Shown: piece by piece, positions 52,235-64,000 of the stretch
Position numbering within the stretch: position 1 is the first letter of the stretch
Layout: the number at the start of each line of letters is the position of its first letter
NCBI GenBank assembly: GCA_026023565.1
Contig: JAPETS010000013.1
Coordinates: forward strand, 310,001-374,000
Direction: 5' to 3'
Origin: Cirrosporium novae-zelandiae
Taxonomy: Eukaryota
Length of the DNA stretch: 64,000 nucleotides
Notes under the pieces: model-generated
Database searches by the model: none
Told to the model about the DNA's origin: nothing
What the model saw: the letters and a program-made list of their open reading frames with translations, nothing else
Made by a program: the position numbers and the translations under genes

Positions 52235-53184
52235 TGTGGCTCGTCTCGCTAGAGAGAAAGATATATATTAACGGGATATGGGAGAATGAAGTTGGAGACT
52301 AAAGGAGGAGTGCCTAGTCAACATATAGAATATTCTTGGACGATTAATGGCTTCTAGCCAATGCCACTTCTATAACGACCCAGCTACTATAGCAAGACGT
52401 ACTCAGACAAGCTCTAGGAAGCTCGAAGAGAAGAAATTTTGAGGGATTGATACTCTGGGTGCGGGGATTGTGCAATCCCCTTGAAAGGGTGGGTATGAAT
52501 CATGGTGCATGAGTAATAGCAAAAACAGTTCCCAAGCGTAAGCTTAGATAGCCGGTTTCCCTTCTCTTTTTTTTTCCTGGTTAATCGTTCTAGTTCTGGT
52601 GGATATGTCCACCGGGTTATCAGGTGGGGGATGTCGGTCAGAATGCCGATTATCCGCTTTCGTTGAGATTAAATTTCCACTTCCCTTCATCAGCGCGGAA
52701 GGGGTGCGGAAGAACGTCCGTCATTGGATCAGTCAGGGTTTTTTTTTCTGCCATGGGAATAGTTTTCTGAGGATCCTAAGGCGAACAATAACATTGATAA
52801 GAATTGTCGCGGCCCCTACTAAAGTAGGTGCTTAAGCATAAAATGACATGGAACACTGGGCGGGAAATGACCTGCAACGAATCACAGTAATATTCCAACA
52901 AGACAATAAACGACACGCTTTCGGAATCATCCCCGATGATATAAGCTTGGCTAAACTCTGTCCAGAATTCAGCATCGTTTTTCTACATGGTACGGAGGAT
53001 ACTGCAATAAATTCATCACTCTTATGATAACAACAGCTTCATTTATCTGTTGATTCATAATCCTTGAAATACAATGCTCTGTTCCTATCCACCTAGCTTC
53101 AGTTGGTCAGCCGTTTCTCTATAGCCGGCATAATCATGCCACCCGTCTAGGCCTTTGAGTCTTACATACAGGCTCCACTCTATA

Positions 53185-54886
53185 TTAAAATTTGAGGATG
53201 TCGTATTTGCTTTTAGCTCTGATTGAAGGGCCGAACCTGAAAAGCACCCAGGGGATCGGAAGCAACACGATGGCAATAAAGCCCAAAAGACTACTAGCCC
53301 AGTCGATCCCGAGACGATTGTACATCTGCACTGTAAAGAGGGGGAATGCAGAGCCAAAGATATACCTTAGTAGTCCATTGGCTGCCATTGCCGAGGCCCC
53401 GTAGAACGAACCGTATGTATCCCCAAGATATAAAGCACAAGAACACTACTCGGATTGTCAGAGTTCTCGAATTTCTAGTTGCAGAGGATGTAGGGCAGGT
53501 GATGACGATAATGAGAGCACACATACGAAAACACAGATGTTTCCCCAACCAAACACCATTTCTGCAATGATTGGGCATATCCAATGAACATTTGTTCTTG
53601 CTGTCCAGGCAAACCAGAAAAGCGCAATTGGTATACCAAAACTTCCAACCATTGCGGAGTAAAGTCGATGCTCCGGATCAACAATATTTGCAATACCTCG
53701 GTCATGATTCTGTTTGTGAAGCTTCTGATAAACTACACGATCGATTATGATGACTGTAATAACGCCTAGAACACAACCAAGTCCGATGGCCAAGAATGTT
53801 AGGCCGGTCTCGCCCAAGGTAAAATGATATACACCCGAGTATATATGAGAAGATGCAGTCACGAAGCAAAATACAACTGCAAAATTGAAACCGATGTATA
53901 AGCTGAAGAATCCTACTATAGGCTCAACAAATATCATTTCCACTGGTCTGATGAGGGTAACAGTGAACAGGATCTTGAGAGCCATCTTGCCACTCGGGCC
54001 TGGAGGTGGTGCAATATCCAGATGTTTGGCTCTACGCTTAAGAATGGCTTTCTTATACGTCTCCGATAACCCAACAGAGGATAGGTAGATAGGGACAGCA
54101 AGGAAGAGAATACACCATTGTGTCCATCGGAAACCCTTGAACTGAGCTGCGAACCCACCAATAACCGGACCGAGGGCAGGTCCCAGGAATGGAGAAAGTA
54201 TGTAAAACGATGATGCAACTGCACGATGTATAGGCATCCAGATATCAGCATTGGTGCCAGCACCGACAGCTATACACGGTCCACCGAAGAAGCCAGCGAA
54301 AAAGCGGCAGAGTAGTAGAGCACTCAAGTTATTGGAAAACCCTGCGCCTAGTGTAAACAAACTAAACAGTGGCAATGTTCCCCAGTATACTACTCTCCGT
54401 CCATATGTTTCGCTGATAGGAGCTGAGACAAGTGGTCCGAATCCTAGTCCAAGTGTATAAAGTGAAAGACCTAATAAAGCGGCAGTTAAAGATACATTAA
54501 ATCGAGCTGCAACATCAACTACCCCTGGGGTATAAATTGACGAAGACAAGGATCTATGGTAATCATCACAAGTTAACTCAATAGACGAATAAAGGTTATG
54601 TCATTACCTACGTAACAAATGCTAGAATGGCAGGAATAGTTGTATTGTAGATCCGTCTCGAAAGACTCCAATTGTAGGGATTCTCGGGATCATCAGGTCC
54701 ATTCCAGTCTTGAGCTGTTACTGTGCGAATTAGCCCCTTTTCATTTCGATTCTCTGTTATGTTGTGCATTGTATGATAGTCTAGCACTTCGTTTTCGAGG
54801 TTCCGCTCGACGTCCGTTTCACTCTTGCTTATTGCAGAGTCATTACTGGATACAGGGGGGCCGACTGAGGTTGCTGATGCCTCCAT
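53185..54886 (-). CDS. MFS drug:H+ antiporter (DHA1 family, polyamine-transporter-like), 3 exons
   Basis: DWNGPDDPENPYNWS, APISETYGRRVVY, FRWTQW, ETYKKAIL, PEHRL, GASAMAANGLLRY. Confidence 0.94.
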
Positions 54887-57273
54887 ATCTTGAGACTGGA
54901 TGGCGAAAGTATAGAACGTAAATTCTATCACCGTGGGTATACCCGAAATGACGGAAGAGGAGCAGGAGGTCAATTGATTGAACTAGCGAACCACAATTTG
55001 ACTGGTTGATAGCAAGACAATTTGAGAAATTGACAGAGCAACAAAATAAAGTAGGAGAAACAAGAAGTGGATAGTAGATGTCTATATTGAAGGAAGACAC
55101 TCCCCATCTCCCTACTAAGAATAATGAGGAAGGGTGATGAGAAAGCATGGCTTTGAGCTTCGTACTCAGCTAGAATGAGACGCCAGTGTAATCAAAAAAT
55201 GAACTTTTCCATACTTCTGTGAGGTGGCTAGATGCTGATGAGACTAGCCTAGTTGTCCATAACAATATCTCCCTAGAAATAAAACCATCCATGCACAATG
55301 ACAAGAATGCCACCTATAACAACATTGTTTGTTTCCCAGGTTTGTCCTACAAAATATGGGAAAGTAGGTAATCATGAAATAAAACTAACCTCGGCATGAT
55401 TATCATTATTATGTTCGATTAGTTTCGAAACTATTGCGACTTGCAAGTAATCTTTTGATGAGTAAATTGATGAGTAATCCATACGGCCGTAGGGATAGCA
55501 ATGAGCAAATAAAAAGGCCGGAAGGTATGGAGATATCTAAAGGTTTCGATATGAACAAAAGAATAGAGAAGTCTATCGAACACTTTAAGCAAGTACGAGA
55601 CTATAGCTAAGTTAGCAATTGGCATAAAGAATAGCTCACTGAGACCGGGAACGCCCTTTATAATTTGATAGCACTCCTAAATAAAACGAGAGTATATATT
55701 TGGAGTTAGGTCTTAAGAAAGACAAGAGTGTAATCTTAAGATTTGTTCTTCATACGAGGCCATCTTAGTTGCTACCTTACCTAAGGGCCTCCCAACATTT
55801 GAACAGCAAAAATGAGGTTTCATCAAGGACCGATATAAATCATAATTCAATTTTATTTAAAGGTCACCCCAAAGGGAATTGGTAAATCTTGTAATTAGTT
55901 TTTAAAATCTGTGCTATCTGACCGTTTTGTAAATCAGCTAGGTCGGTTATTATTAACGATCAATGTTAGGTTACCGCGGCTAGTGTACGTCATCTAGTCT
56001 TGCTGGCTGGAAACAACGTACTGTGACCGCGTTAGTATAAAGTACAAAGGTACAGCAGTGATGATTATGGATATTTTATGATGGAAGGTCTCTCAAACCC
56101 ACTGCACCTCTTCAAAGTAAAGCAATGTGATTGAATACTCCTTCCCTCATCCACATGAGCGCATCCACAGCATCTTATATTATCACATCCTACTATCAAG
56201 CCTTACTTCATCCTAGGTCCATCAATAATTCTAAACTCTTTGAAGCTACGTATCTTTAAACGTAGACTTTAATGGTTCTATTGACGAGTTCTAATCATGG
56301 ATTGCCTTCCAATCCCCTTTGTCTGCTTTCAGTGCGGAACCGACCAAAATCCTTGCCACTGCAAGGTAGTAGGCCCAACGATAGGTACGTGACAGATGAA
56401 TGAATTAAGGCTTGAAATCTCATTGGGATTGAAAGATTCTAGCTAATTGATCATTTCCTAGGCTTTGGTGTAGCTATCGCTCTCGCTGTATGGACACCAT
56501 GATTCTAGTGATTGGGGTTTTTGACAGTCATCTAGATCGTTTGCTGGCCTGCTTCTCTCTTTTGTGGATGCTGCGCCACAGATACTGGGAAAAAGTAAGT
56601 GGGCCTTGATTTCTTATAGATACATCATATACTGATCATGATGATTAGAATGCTCGCAGCTCCGGCGGATCTGAGCGGGCAAATCAGCAATGCGATACCG
56701 ATTTGATTTGATTCGACACCGTTATCTAAATATTACCTATTACCTCCTATACCTCGTTAGTCCTACCATAGAACAATCTTTCGATTCTAGCTTTGGAGTA
56801 ACTCCAGCTGCTATCAAGGATTTGGTCCATTGGGGTCTAAAAACGGAAACATGAAAACGCTAGGATCGGGGTCATGGTTATAGTACCCAAACATCATTCT
56901 AATGGATTATCATAGTATTAATGAACTAGTCACACCGAATTGATGATCTAATGAGTTACAGCATGAATCATAGAGTAGTCATCAAAGAGGATGTTTCAAT
57001 GGACAACCTTCCTCCTTGCAATATGACGTGACATCCACCAGTTGCATTATCTTTCTCCTCGTGCACATGTGACACTCCAATGAGACAACATAGGCAGCGC
57101 TCGTTAAAACATGAAGAGAGGGGGAATATTGGGGAATATTGAGCAGAAGAAAAGAAAAAAACACTCGCCTCCAGCCAAGACATCCGTTCAGTTACCTTGC
57201 CTATGTATCCACCTGTATCGTAGTCGTCGACCACCAGGCTATCATCACATTCCAATTCCCACATCACAGTAGA

Positions 57274-60058
57274 TCAATGACCAACAAACTTTTCCTTGAG
57301 CTTACCAAAAAATCCGCTGGCCCTATGTCTCTTTTTCTTCGATTTGTCGGTAGCAGAAGTGCTTGCCTCACTCTCCGGAGCCACGCTCGACTCTGGTTGT
57401 TTATCGGCCTCTTTTGCGGGTGTGGAAGATTCTGCAGCCTCGGGGCTAAGAGTTTCAGAGACTGGCTCTTTCGTAGCTGGCTCTGATGTTACTGGAGCTT
57501 TGCTTTCGCTAACACCAGAGGTAACAATTGGCTGAGCTGATGGTTCCTTTGTCATTGGGGATATGTCTCTCGACTCTGCTGCTTTCGTCTCTACGTTCTT
57601 TTCCGCGGGTGTTGTGGCGGGTTCCTCGGCAGGTGCCGCAAGGCCATCTTCTTTCGTGAGCTGGACCGGCTCTTCTGGAGCGGGCTCAGCGACCTTAACA
57701 ATGTTCTCCCCTGGTGCCTTCTCTGCAGGAGTCTCGGCAGTATCGGTTGGCTTGGGGGCAGTTTCAGTCAATGCAGCGCTCTCTGTAGGCGCCGGTGCAC
57801 CAGAAGCCTCTTCAGGTTTAACTTGGTCAAGGAGCTCGGATTCAACCTTGCCCTTGTCTTCAACAGCTTCTTCTACTGCAGCGGCTTCTGGCGCCGTCTT
57901 AGATTCTGCGATCGATTCTTGGACGACTTCTGGAACAGTAGGAGCAACCAGCGCATCTTCCTTAGCCGGTTCCTCAGGGACTGCTTCTTTTGTCGGTTCT
58001 TCGGCAAGCGTTGGAGCCGGCTCTGGGACTGGGGTGTCAGCAGACTTCTCTTCCTCAAGAGCAACGAATAAGGCAGCCGCAGCTGCAGTATCCCCCTGTG
58101 TAAGATCCTCAGTAGGTTCCGCAGTAGTCGTACCTTCAGCAGCAGGTTGTTCCTCCGGCACCTTTTGCTCAATTTCTTTCTCTACTTCGGCTTTCTTCTC
58201 GACTGTTTCCGCATCAAGAGTCGATTCAGGCTCGGCACCTGCTTCCTTCTGGCTGTCTTGAACAATCTCTGGCACTGCTGCTGGTTCTACCACCGTAGCC
58301 TCTTCCTTCTGGCTCTCCTGGGCAACTTCGGGTTCTGCTGCTGGTTCTGCTGCTGGTTCTGCCGCTGGTTCTGCCGCTGGTTCTGCCGCTGGTTCTGCTG
58401 CTGGCTCTTCCGTCGTACCTTCTTCCTTTGTGCTCATACCTTCCGCTATAGGTTGCTCTTCTGGAACCTTCTCTTCAATCTCCTTCTCGACTTCGGCCTT
58501 TTGCTCCACAGCTTCGGCGTTAGCAGTGGCTTCCGGCTCAGTTGCAGCTTCCTCCTGACTAGCCTGAACAACTTCAGGAACCGCTTTTGGTTCGCGGGGA
58601 ACCTCAGCAGCAAGATTAGCTGTTGTGCTCTCTGGAGCAACAGATTGTATTGTAAGACCTTCTGCAGCTCCATTCATTGGCAAGCTGGACTCAGGTATCA
58701 TCACACCCGACACTGGAGGCACTGCGAAAGCATCTCCATTTTCGGCCTTTAATTCACCAGGTGGCACTTCAGAACCACGTTCATAGGATTCCTGGTCGGT
58801 CTTGACTGTAGACTCCACAGTATTTGTCGTAATTGTGTTGCTATCTGGAATCTTCTCCCCCGGCTGCACTTGCACAGGGTTCCCAATACCAGCAGTAGCA
58901 GGCAAAGGCATGACGGAAAATTCTTTCGCTTCACCGGCAGGCGTTTCGAAGGGGGTCTCAGGGAATGCACCTGGAACCCCCGTGTCTTCTGCCTTTGCCT
59001 GAGACTCCGGTTCTGGTTCTGTTGGTTTTATTTCCTGTTCTGTTTCCGGCTTTTTTTCCTCTGGTGCTTCGGCTTCCACTTTAGTCTCCCGAGGGACGTT
59101 GGCTGCGAGGCCTACGGTGGTAGACTCGGGGGTAACTGTAGACATGGTGTGTAGTTTCGTGATATTTTCAGGAATTAGGACGTTGTTCACGTTGCTGCTT
59201 CCGTCGTCTTCTTGAGGTGCAGTGTGATCTGTAGTCCAAGTATCGTCGACAACAAACTAGAATTGAGATTTGATCAGTTTACAGTCAAACAAAGTGGAAG
59301 CACAAGATATTTCCCAGTTTCGCAAATTTGCGAGATCTTCAGAGTTGGGCTAAGGGCGGTGACGTGCCACGCGGCTAGCGCCGGATCAACTTGAGTCTCT
59401 TGTCTCCACACTTGTTGGTGATGTCGAGCGTATGGAGTGTCAAAGACATTTAAATCCAAACCCAAACTCAACTACATTAGGCGACCAACTAAGGCGTGAT
59501 AAAATATGAGGGGTGGTAGCGCATGTAACTAGTGATAGTTATAGTTGCACCACCGCTGTCCGCTCACTTGTTTGCACACCCAAGTGTTGCCATTGACAGC
59601 AAAGGGCGATAAGGGAAATCGACAGTCTAGTAGATCATGCCATACCTTGTAATAAATTTTCTCATCGGCCTTAGAAAGGTCGACTAGTTTTTCAAAATGG
59701 TCCCCGACCTTATCTAACTTAATAGTCTTACCCCAATCGTCAAAAGTCCCCGTCACATATACTTCTGACGCAGGATGAGCCCTGTATCACAGACTTATTA
59801 GCTCACTTTATCATCAACTTTAAGAGGTTTAGAAAGATTGGAATAGATTTGGTCCTGGCTATCTTGAGCCGCCATATGCAATTGGGCCCTGAACTGTGGC
59901 TGTTGAAAATTTATGCTTTCTCGTGGGTGATCGAGCGTTCAAATGTATAATGGAAAAGGAGGGAAAGAAAAAATACACCAAGGGACAAGAGATAAAAATG
60001 ATCATATACATGATTCGAAGAAATATTAAACGTACCATTTGAAAACGAAGCTGCCCAT
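57274..60058 (-). CDS. MDG1/CRP1-like protein: N-terminal AMPK-beta-type CBM48 domain plus a long acidic Glu/Ala/Pro-rich tail; 3 exons
   Basis: MGSFVFKW|..ASEVYVTGTFDDW..KIYYK|FVVDDTWTTD..NVNNVL; PGAFPETP; basic C-terminus KKKRHRASGFFGKLKEKF. Confidence 0.88.
58332..58405 (-). repeat. Coding 12-bp minisatellite (GCAGAACCAGCR) x~6 encoding (AEPA)n
   Basis: The plus strand shows GGTTCTGCYGCT repeated about six times. Confidence 0.95.
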
Positions 60059-61832
60059 TGTGTCAAAGTGGATAAAGATTCCTCTGAAATGTCCTGTTTA
60101 ATGGTAAATAACCTAGAGGGCTTGAACTGATTATTCTACGAGAAGTTTGTGTGTAGGTGTGTGACGGTGCCGAGCTGGTTCGTTGACAAAATGCGGTGGG
60201 GTGGGCGGCGAACTAGAAGAAATCCAAGAGATTTGACGATAATGACGACAGTATTATTCCAGAGAGCTGGAAAAACCAGGATGATGAGGGGGCCTCGCAA
60301 TGAAAGCAGGACCAAAAAGCTCCTCTGTGACAAGCAGGAAGAAGGGAGTGAAGAAGTTTGAGAAGTTCAAGAAGTTCACGAAGAAAAAGCTATCGCAGTT
60401 CTGTAGGCCAGAGAGGGTGGCTGGTGAGACTAAAAGTAGGTGCCGAAATTGCGGTTGGCCTCTGGATTCGAGTACTGTACTGTATGTACTAAAGTAGCTG
60501 TTGAGTTCGAAGGAACTGGAAAGGTAATGTTAATGATAAGCAGGCGGCCAAATTAATTCGAACCTCTGAGCTCTATTTCAATCTACCAAGGTATTTAACT
60601 ACCTAGTCTATCCAACAATCCAATCCAAAACAAAAAACTCCAAAAACATTGAGCACTAGCATCTGGGAGCTCAGACTGTACAAGGCATACAACAACAAGA
60701 TCCATGACTTGATATTAACAACTGGATCGATCGATCACTACCAGCGGTGGTGGGTGTCCAGAACCCCAGAAACTCCAGAACTCCAGAACTCCAATGACGA
60801 AATTTGGCCACATTTCCACGTCTAGTCCAATTTCTCTCGAACCTCTCAAACCTCTCAAACTTCTTTGAGTATAATCATTATTTTAACTCCCCCCACCTTC
60901 AATCATCTTAATTATATATTTACCTCTACCTCGTATAATTAACTGTGTCAACTTTGGTTCATACCTTTGGTAAGCGAACAAGTCCAACCAGTCCGTGCAC
61001 AGTGCAATTAGGCCATGACCTGCGGACAAAAGATTCTATGATTTTGATCTTCAAATACAGTAAATCATATGATAAATAAAACGAGATATATCCAATCTCT
61101 GTCACTATAGGACCATGGCAAGATTGGTTCTTGTCATTCTTGTTTTCCTATGGTCAACTTATCCTTAGTCACCCACCATTAATCATGGGTTCCTTCTACT
61201 ATTTTTTTAACGTCCAACATTCACTATTACTAACAGCGATGAAGGTATAGTATGATCACCGGTCTTTTGGGCTTACGCTCACCCTTCCTCTCCCCTTGAT
61301 TCAGGGAAACTTCCTGAGGTCTGGCCAAAACAATATTGTATCAGTTTTGCTTGGGAACCTTTAGTATTTCTAGAACAAATGCGCCAAGCTGTGCGTTATA
61401 CTTATGCAGGTTCGTCTGAAAGCTTTCAAGCATGTATTTTCTCATTTTCGGCCTGTGTTGTGGCCTCTGTTGTTGGTTTGATTTTTGACTTGCATTAGCT
61501 TGTTGCAAACGTGTCTCACTGTACCACATTCCCCCTCGTGAATTGCCACCATTTTCAAGAGTATTAAGCATAGTTATTTTCAACGATTCTGCAAAGCATT
61601 AGACACCCTCGGCAGTTAGCACATGTCCTTTTTAAAGTCGAAGGTACTCCTTGTCAAAACCATTTCTCTTTGATATTTAGTTTTCGTGCCTCGTCAGATA
61701 AAGGAGTATCATAGTATGATACTATATGTTGTGGGTATTTCCTATGGTAAATGACATAGTTAAATCACTAATTGACAACCCTGGCCTATTGTCTAGAAGG
61801 ACCCTGCTGGATATTTAAGATAAAATAGGCCT

Positions 61833-61997
61833 CCAGATGGCTATTTTGCGAGTCTCTCGGAGAAATACAATGTTAACAAAGCCGAGATCATGCTGCGATG
61901 GTGTATCGGTCAGGGCATTGTGGCCATCACAGCGAGTCGGAAGGAATAGAGGATAAGTGATTATCTGAGAGCCTTAACATTTAAGTTGATTTCCTAA
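61833..61997 (+). pseudogene. Aldo-keto reductase C-terminal relic with an in-frame stop
   Basis: Translates PDGYFASLSEKYNVNKAEIMLRWCIGQGIVAITASRKE*RISDYLRALTFKLIS*, matching the AKR C-terminal signature (L..KY....ILLRW..Q.IV.IT.S....R); no N-terminal AKR exons recognised upstream. Confidence 0.75.
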
Positions 61998-63130
61998 CAC
62001 TCGCTATTCATTTTCCAGTGAATTTGTGTTTAATATAGATCTAGGATTTCTCCGCTATTGCTAGAGCTTTCCAGATAGTTTGAGAGTTTTTTTCTTTTTC
62101 TTCTCTTTTTTTCTTCTCTTTCTCGGAATGAAAACATGTCTCAGCTTCCAAATCCCGACTCGGAAATCCTTATCATTCATGTACAAGTATCAACAACATC
62201 TTTCAAGCTTATCATACCAGTTACCTATCTATCGGCAATTCTCGAGCTTTGTGCTGGGCATGAATGACTTGGCTCGTTTCAACATCAACGTCATATATAT
62301 ATATATCGATATTTTTTGATTCCCACGAACTCATCCCGAAGGTGTATTGATGTAAATTATTATCATGGTTGATCATATCGTTCACCGCATTATTCAAGGA
62401 AGAACGAGATTGCAGATTGTTGGAATAAGGGCCTTGCCACTGGTATCCACTTGATCTCGATGAAATCTATAGCGTGGAGAATAGAGGTAAAAAAAAGTTG
62501 GCAGAATGTATATGGTATATTCTTCTTGACGAGACAGTGATCTGGAAAGTATGGAAAATATGCGACGTTCGATCTGCGAAATCTCAAACAATAAGAAGCC
62601 ACGAGAGTTACAAGTACAACAAAGGAAAAATAGCAAGAAGATGGAGGAACGGTAGAATATGTGAGTATGTATGTATGCACTATTATTATTAGAAAGAGGA
62701 GGAATGTGTGTCATAGTCACAAGTGGCAGGCAGTTGACGAGATGAGAAAGAAGCCTCAAAGAATTAGGCAGGAGTGCCAGGCTACCAGGTGAAAGCAATT
62801 CCTGGTATTGTTTGGGGGTCTCAATTTGTCGTACAAGTTGTACTAGTCAAAGTCCTTGCAATTGGCAAGTGACTCCTGATTAGAGTTGAGTTGCTGGCTC
62901 GTTAGAAAGCTGCTGCTTGAAACTATACCTTTTCGGGCAAATTTTCCAAAGTTGATCTGAAGGAGCATTGGACCAAGATAAATAGAGCGAAGCCCCCCGC
63001 TTCGCGATTACCTACGGCGCGACTGATCGATCAACAACCCTTCACCATCAATCAAGCCAAATAAGGCCATTCAATATCTCATTCGAAAGCTTTTCTTCAC
63101 CACTAACTTTTTATATACCCATAATTCAAA

Positions 63131-64000
63131 ATGCCTGCCAAGAAAGCTACCGGTTCCGTGCCGCAGAAGAAAGCCGGAAAAGGCCCAGAGCATGCTAGCT
63201 ACAAAGGTATGTGATTTCACTTGATACAATTGTCGCATACATGTCGCATTGCTTAATTACGATTGTTGACCCTTATAAAATAGATATGATCAAGGAAGCT
63301 ATCCTTAATGTGAGATTTTTGTCATCTTCGCAATGATCTCGCTGTCGCTGTCGTACTCTTCCACGCCCGACTATGCCTGCTATGCACTCTTGCCTTATTT
63401 CGCGCAAAGCAAACTTGAGATATCGTGCCCGCTGACGCGTCCTAATACATGCAGCTGAAAGAGCGTAATGGAAGCAGGTTAGCTCAATTCTATTTTTTGA
63501 CGCGTCCATTTCGTCCCATGTTTACACATCATTGTCGCGCCTCCATCCCAGTAACATGTACTAACTTTTATTTTCGACAGCCGTCAAGCTCTCAAGAAAT
63601 ACGTTCAAGCAAACAATAAGATTACGGCTTCTTCACCTGCTGCTTTCGACACCCAGTTCAACAAGGCATTGAAGGCCGGTGTTGAAAAAGGGGAGTTCAT
63701 GCAGCCAAAAGGTTAGTTTCTCTATTGCAATCTTTTGAATGTGGATGCTATTCTGCCAAATCTCTTAGGCCCTTGTTCATCCACTTAATCCCATCAGTAA
63801 TATATATTTCATAATATATAGTTGCTAATGTATATCATTTATAGGACCTTCGGGTACCGTCAAGATTGCGAAGAAAGAACCCGCTAAGCCTGCTACTGCT
63901 AAGGTATGTTTAATCCATGCTTGCTGACTACTTGCTCATGCTAACGTCTCTCATCTTGGAAGGAGAAGCCTGACCCTGTAAAGAAGGCCGAAAAAGCCGA
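63131..64000 (+). CDS. HHO1: Linker histone H1 (5' part; runs off the window end), at least 6 exons
   Basis: MPAKKATGSVPQKKAGKGPEHASYK|DMIKEAILN|LKERNGSS|RQALKKYVQANN..FNKALKAGVEKGEFMQPK|GPSGTVKIAKK: a globular H15 domain assembled across canonical introns. Confidence 0.96.

Noticed and set aside
55431..55680. Small minus-strand ORF with an intron-like GTGAGC..GCTAAC..TAG segment
   Set aside because: The intron would be very short (~37 nt) and the peptide matches nothing I recognise; it may be a relic but I cannot support that.
57563..58752. Long antisense ORFs (232 and 201 aa), and similar ones at 34502-34990 and 51114-51791
   Set aside because: They are shadows of repetitive or codon-biased genes on the opposite strand.
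61341..62798. 80-134 aa ORFs between the MDG1-like gene and histone H1
   Set aside because: Mostly non-ATG starts, no recognisable motifs and no convincing splice structure.

Overview
Gene-dense, intron-rich chromosomal segment from a filamentous ascomycete (Pezizomycotina-type genes, GT-AG introns with CTAAC/CTGAC branch points). I can support 19 protein-coding genes and one pseudogene fragment. In order: SAGA subunit SPT7, ALDH3/HFD1-like aldehyde dehydrogenase, a conserved fungal membrane protein (DUF2434-like), a stand-alone homolog of the fungal luciferase Luz (DUF5519), a Sec24/SFB3 COPII subunit, a 14-exon peroxisomal alcohol oxidase, SPF27/BCAS2, a fungal TF-like protein, neutral ceramidase, a Zn2Cys6 TF, a secreted CBM19-like protein, an MCH-type MFS transporter, an EI24/RRT8-like protein, a Trf4/Cid1-family nucleotidyltransferase with altered catalytic residues, TPS2, a secreted Ser/Thr-rich protein, two tandem DHA1 MFS transporters, an MDG1/CRP1-like CBM48 protein, an aldo-keto reductase relic and the 5' part of histone H1. 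No tRNA, rRNA, CRISPR, intact transposon or secondary-metabolite backbone gene was recognised. The most notable observations are the orphan luciferase-like gene outside any bioluminescence cluster, the probable mitochondrial pseudo-nucleotidyltransferase, three GC-AG introns, MCB boxes inside histone H1 introns and the AKR relic with a RIP-type stop. Family calls rest on my recognition of motifs, not on database searches. Exon boundaries were read by eye.
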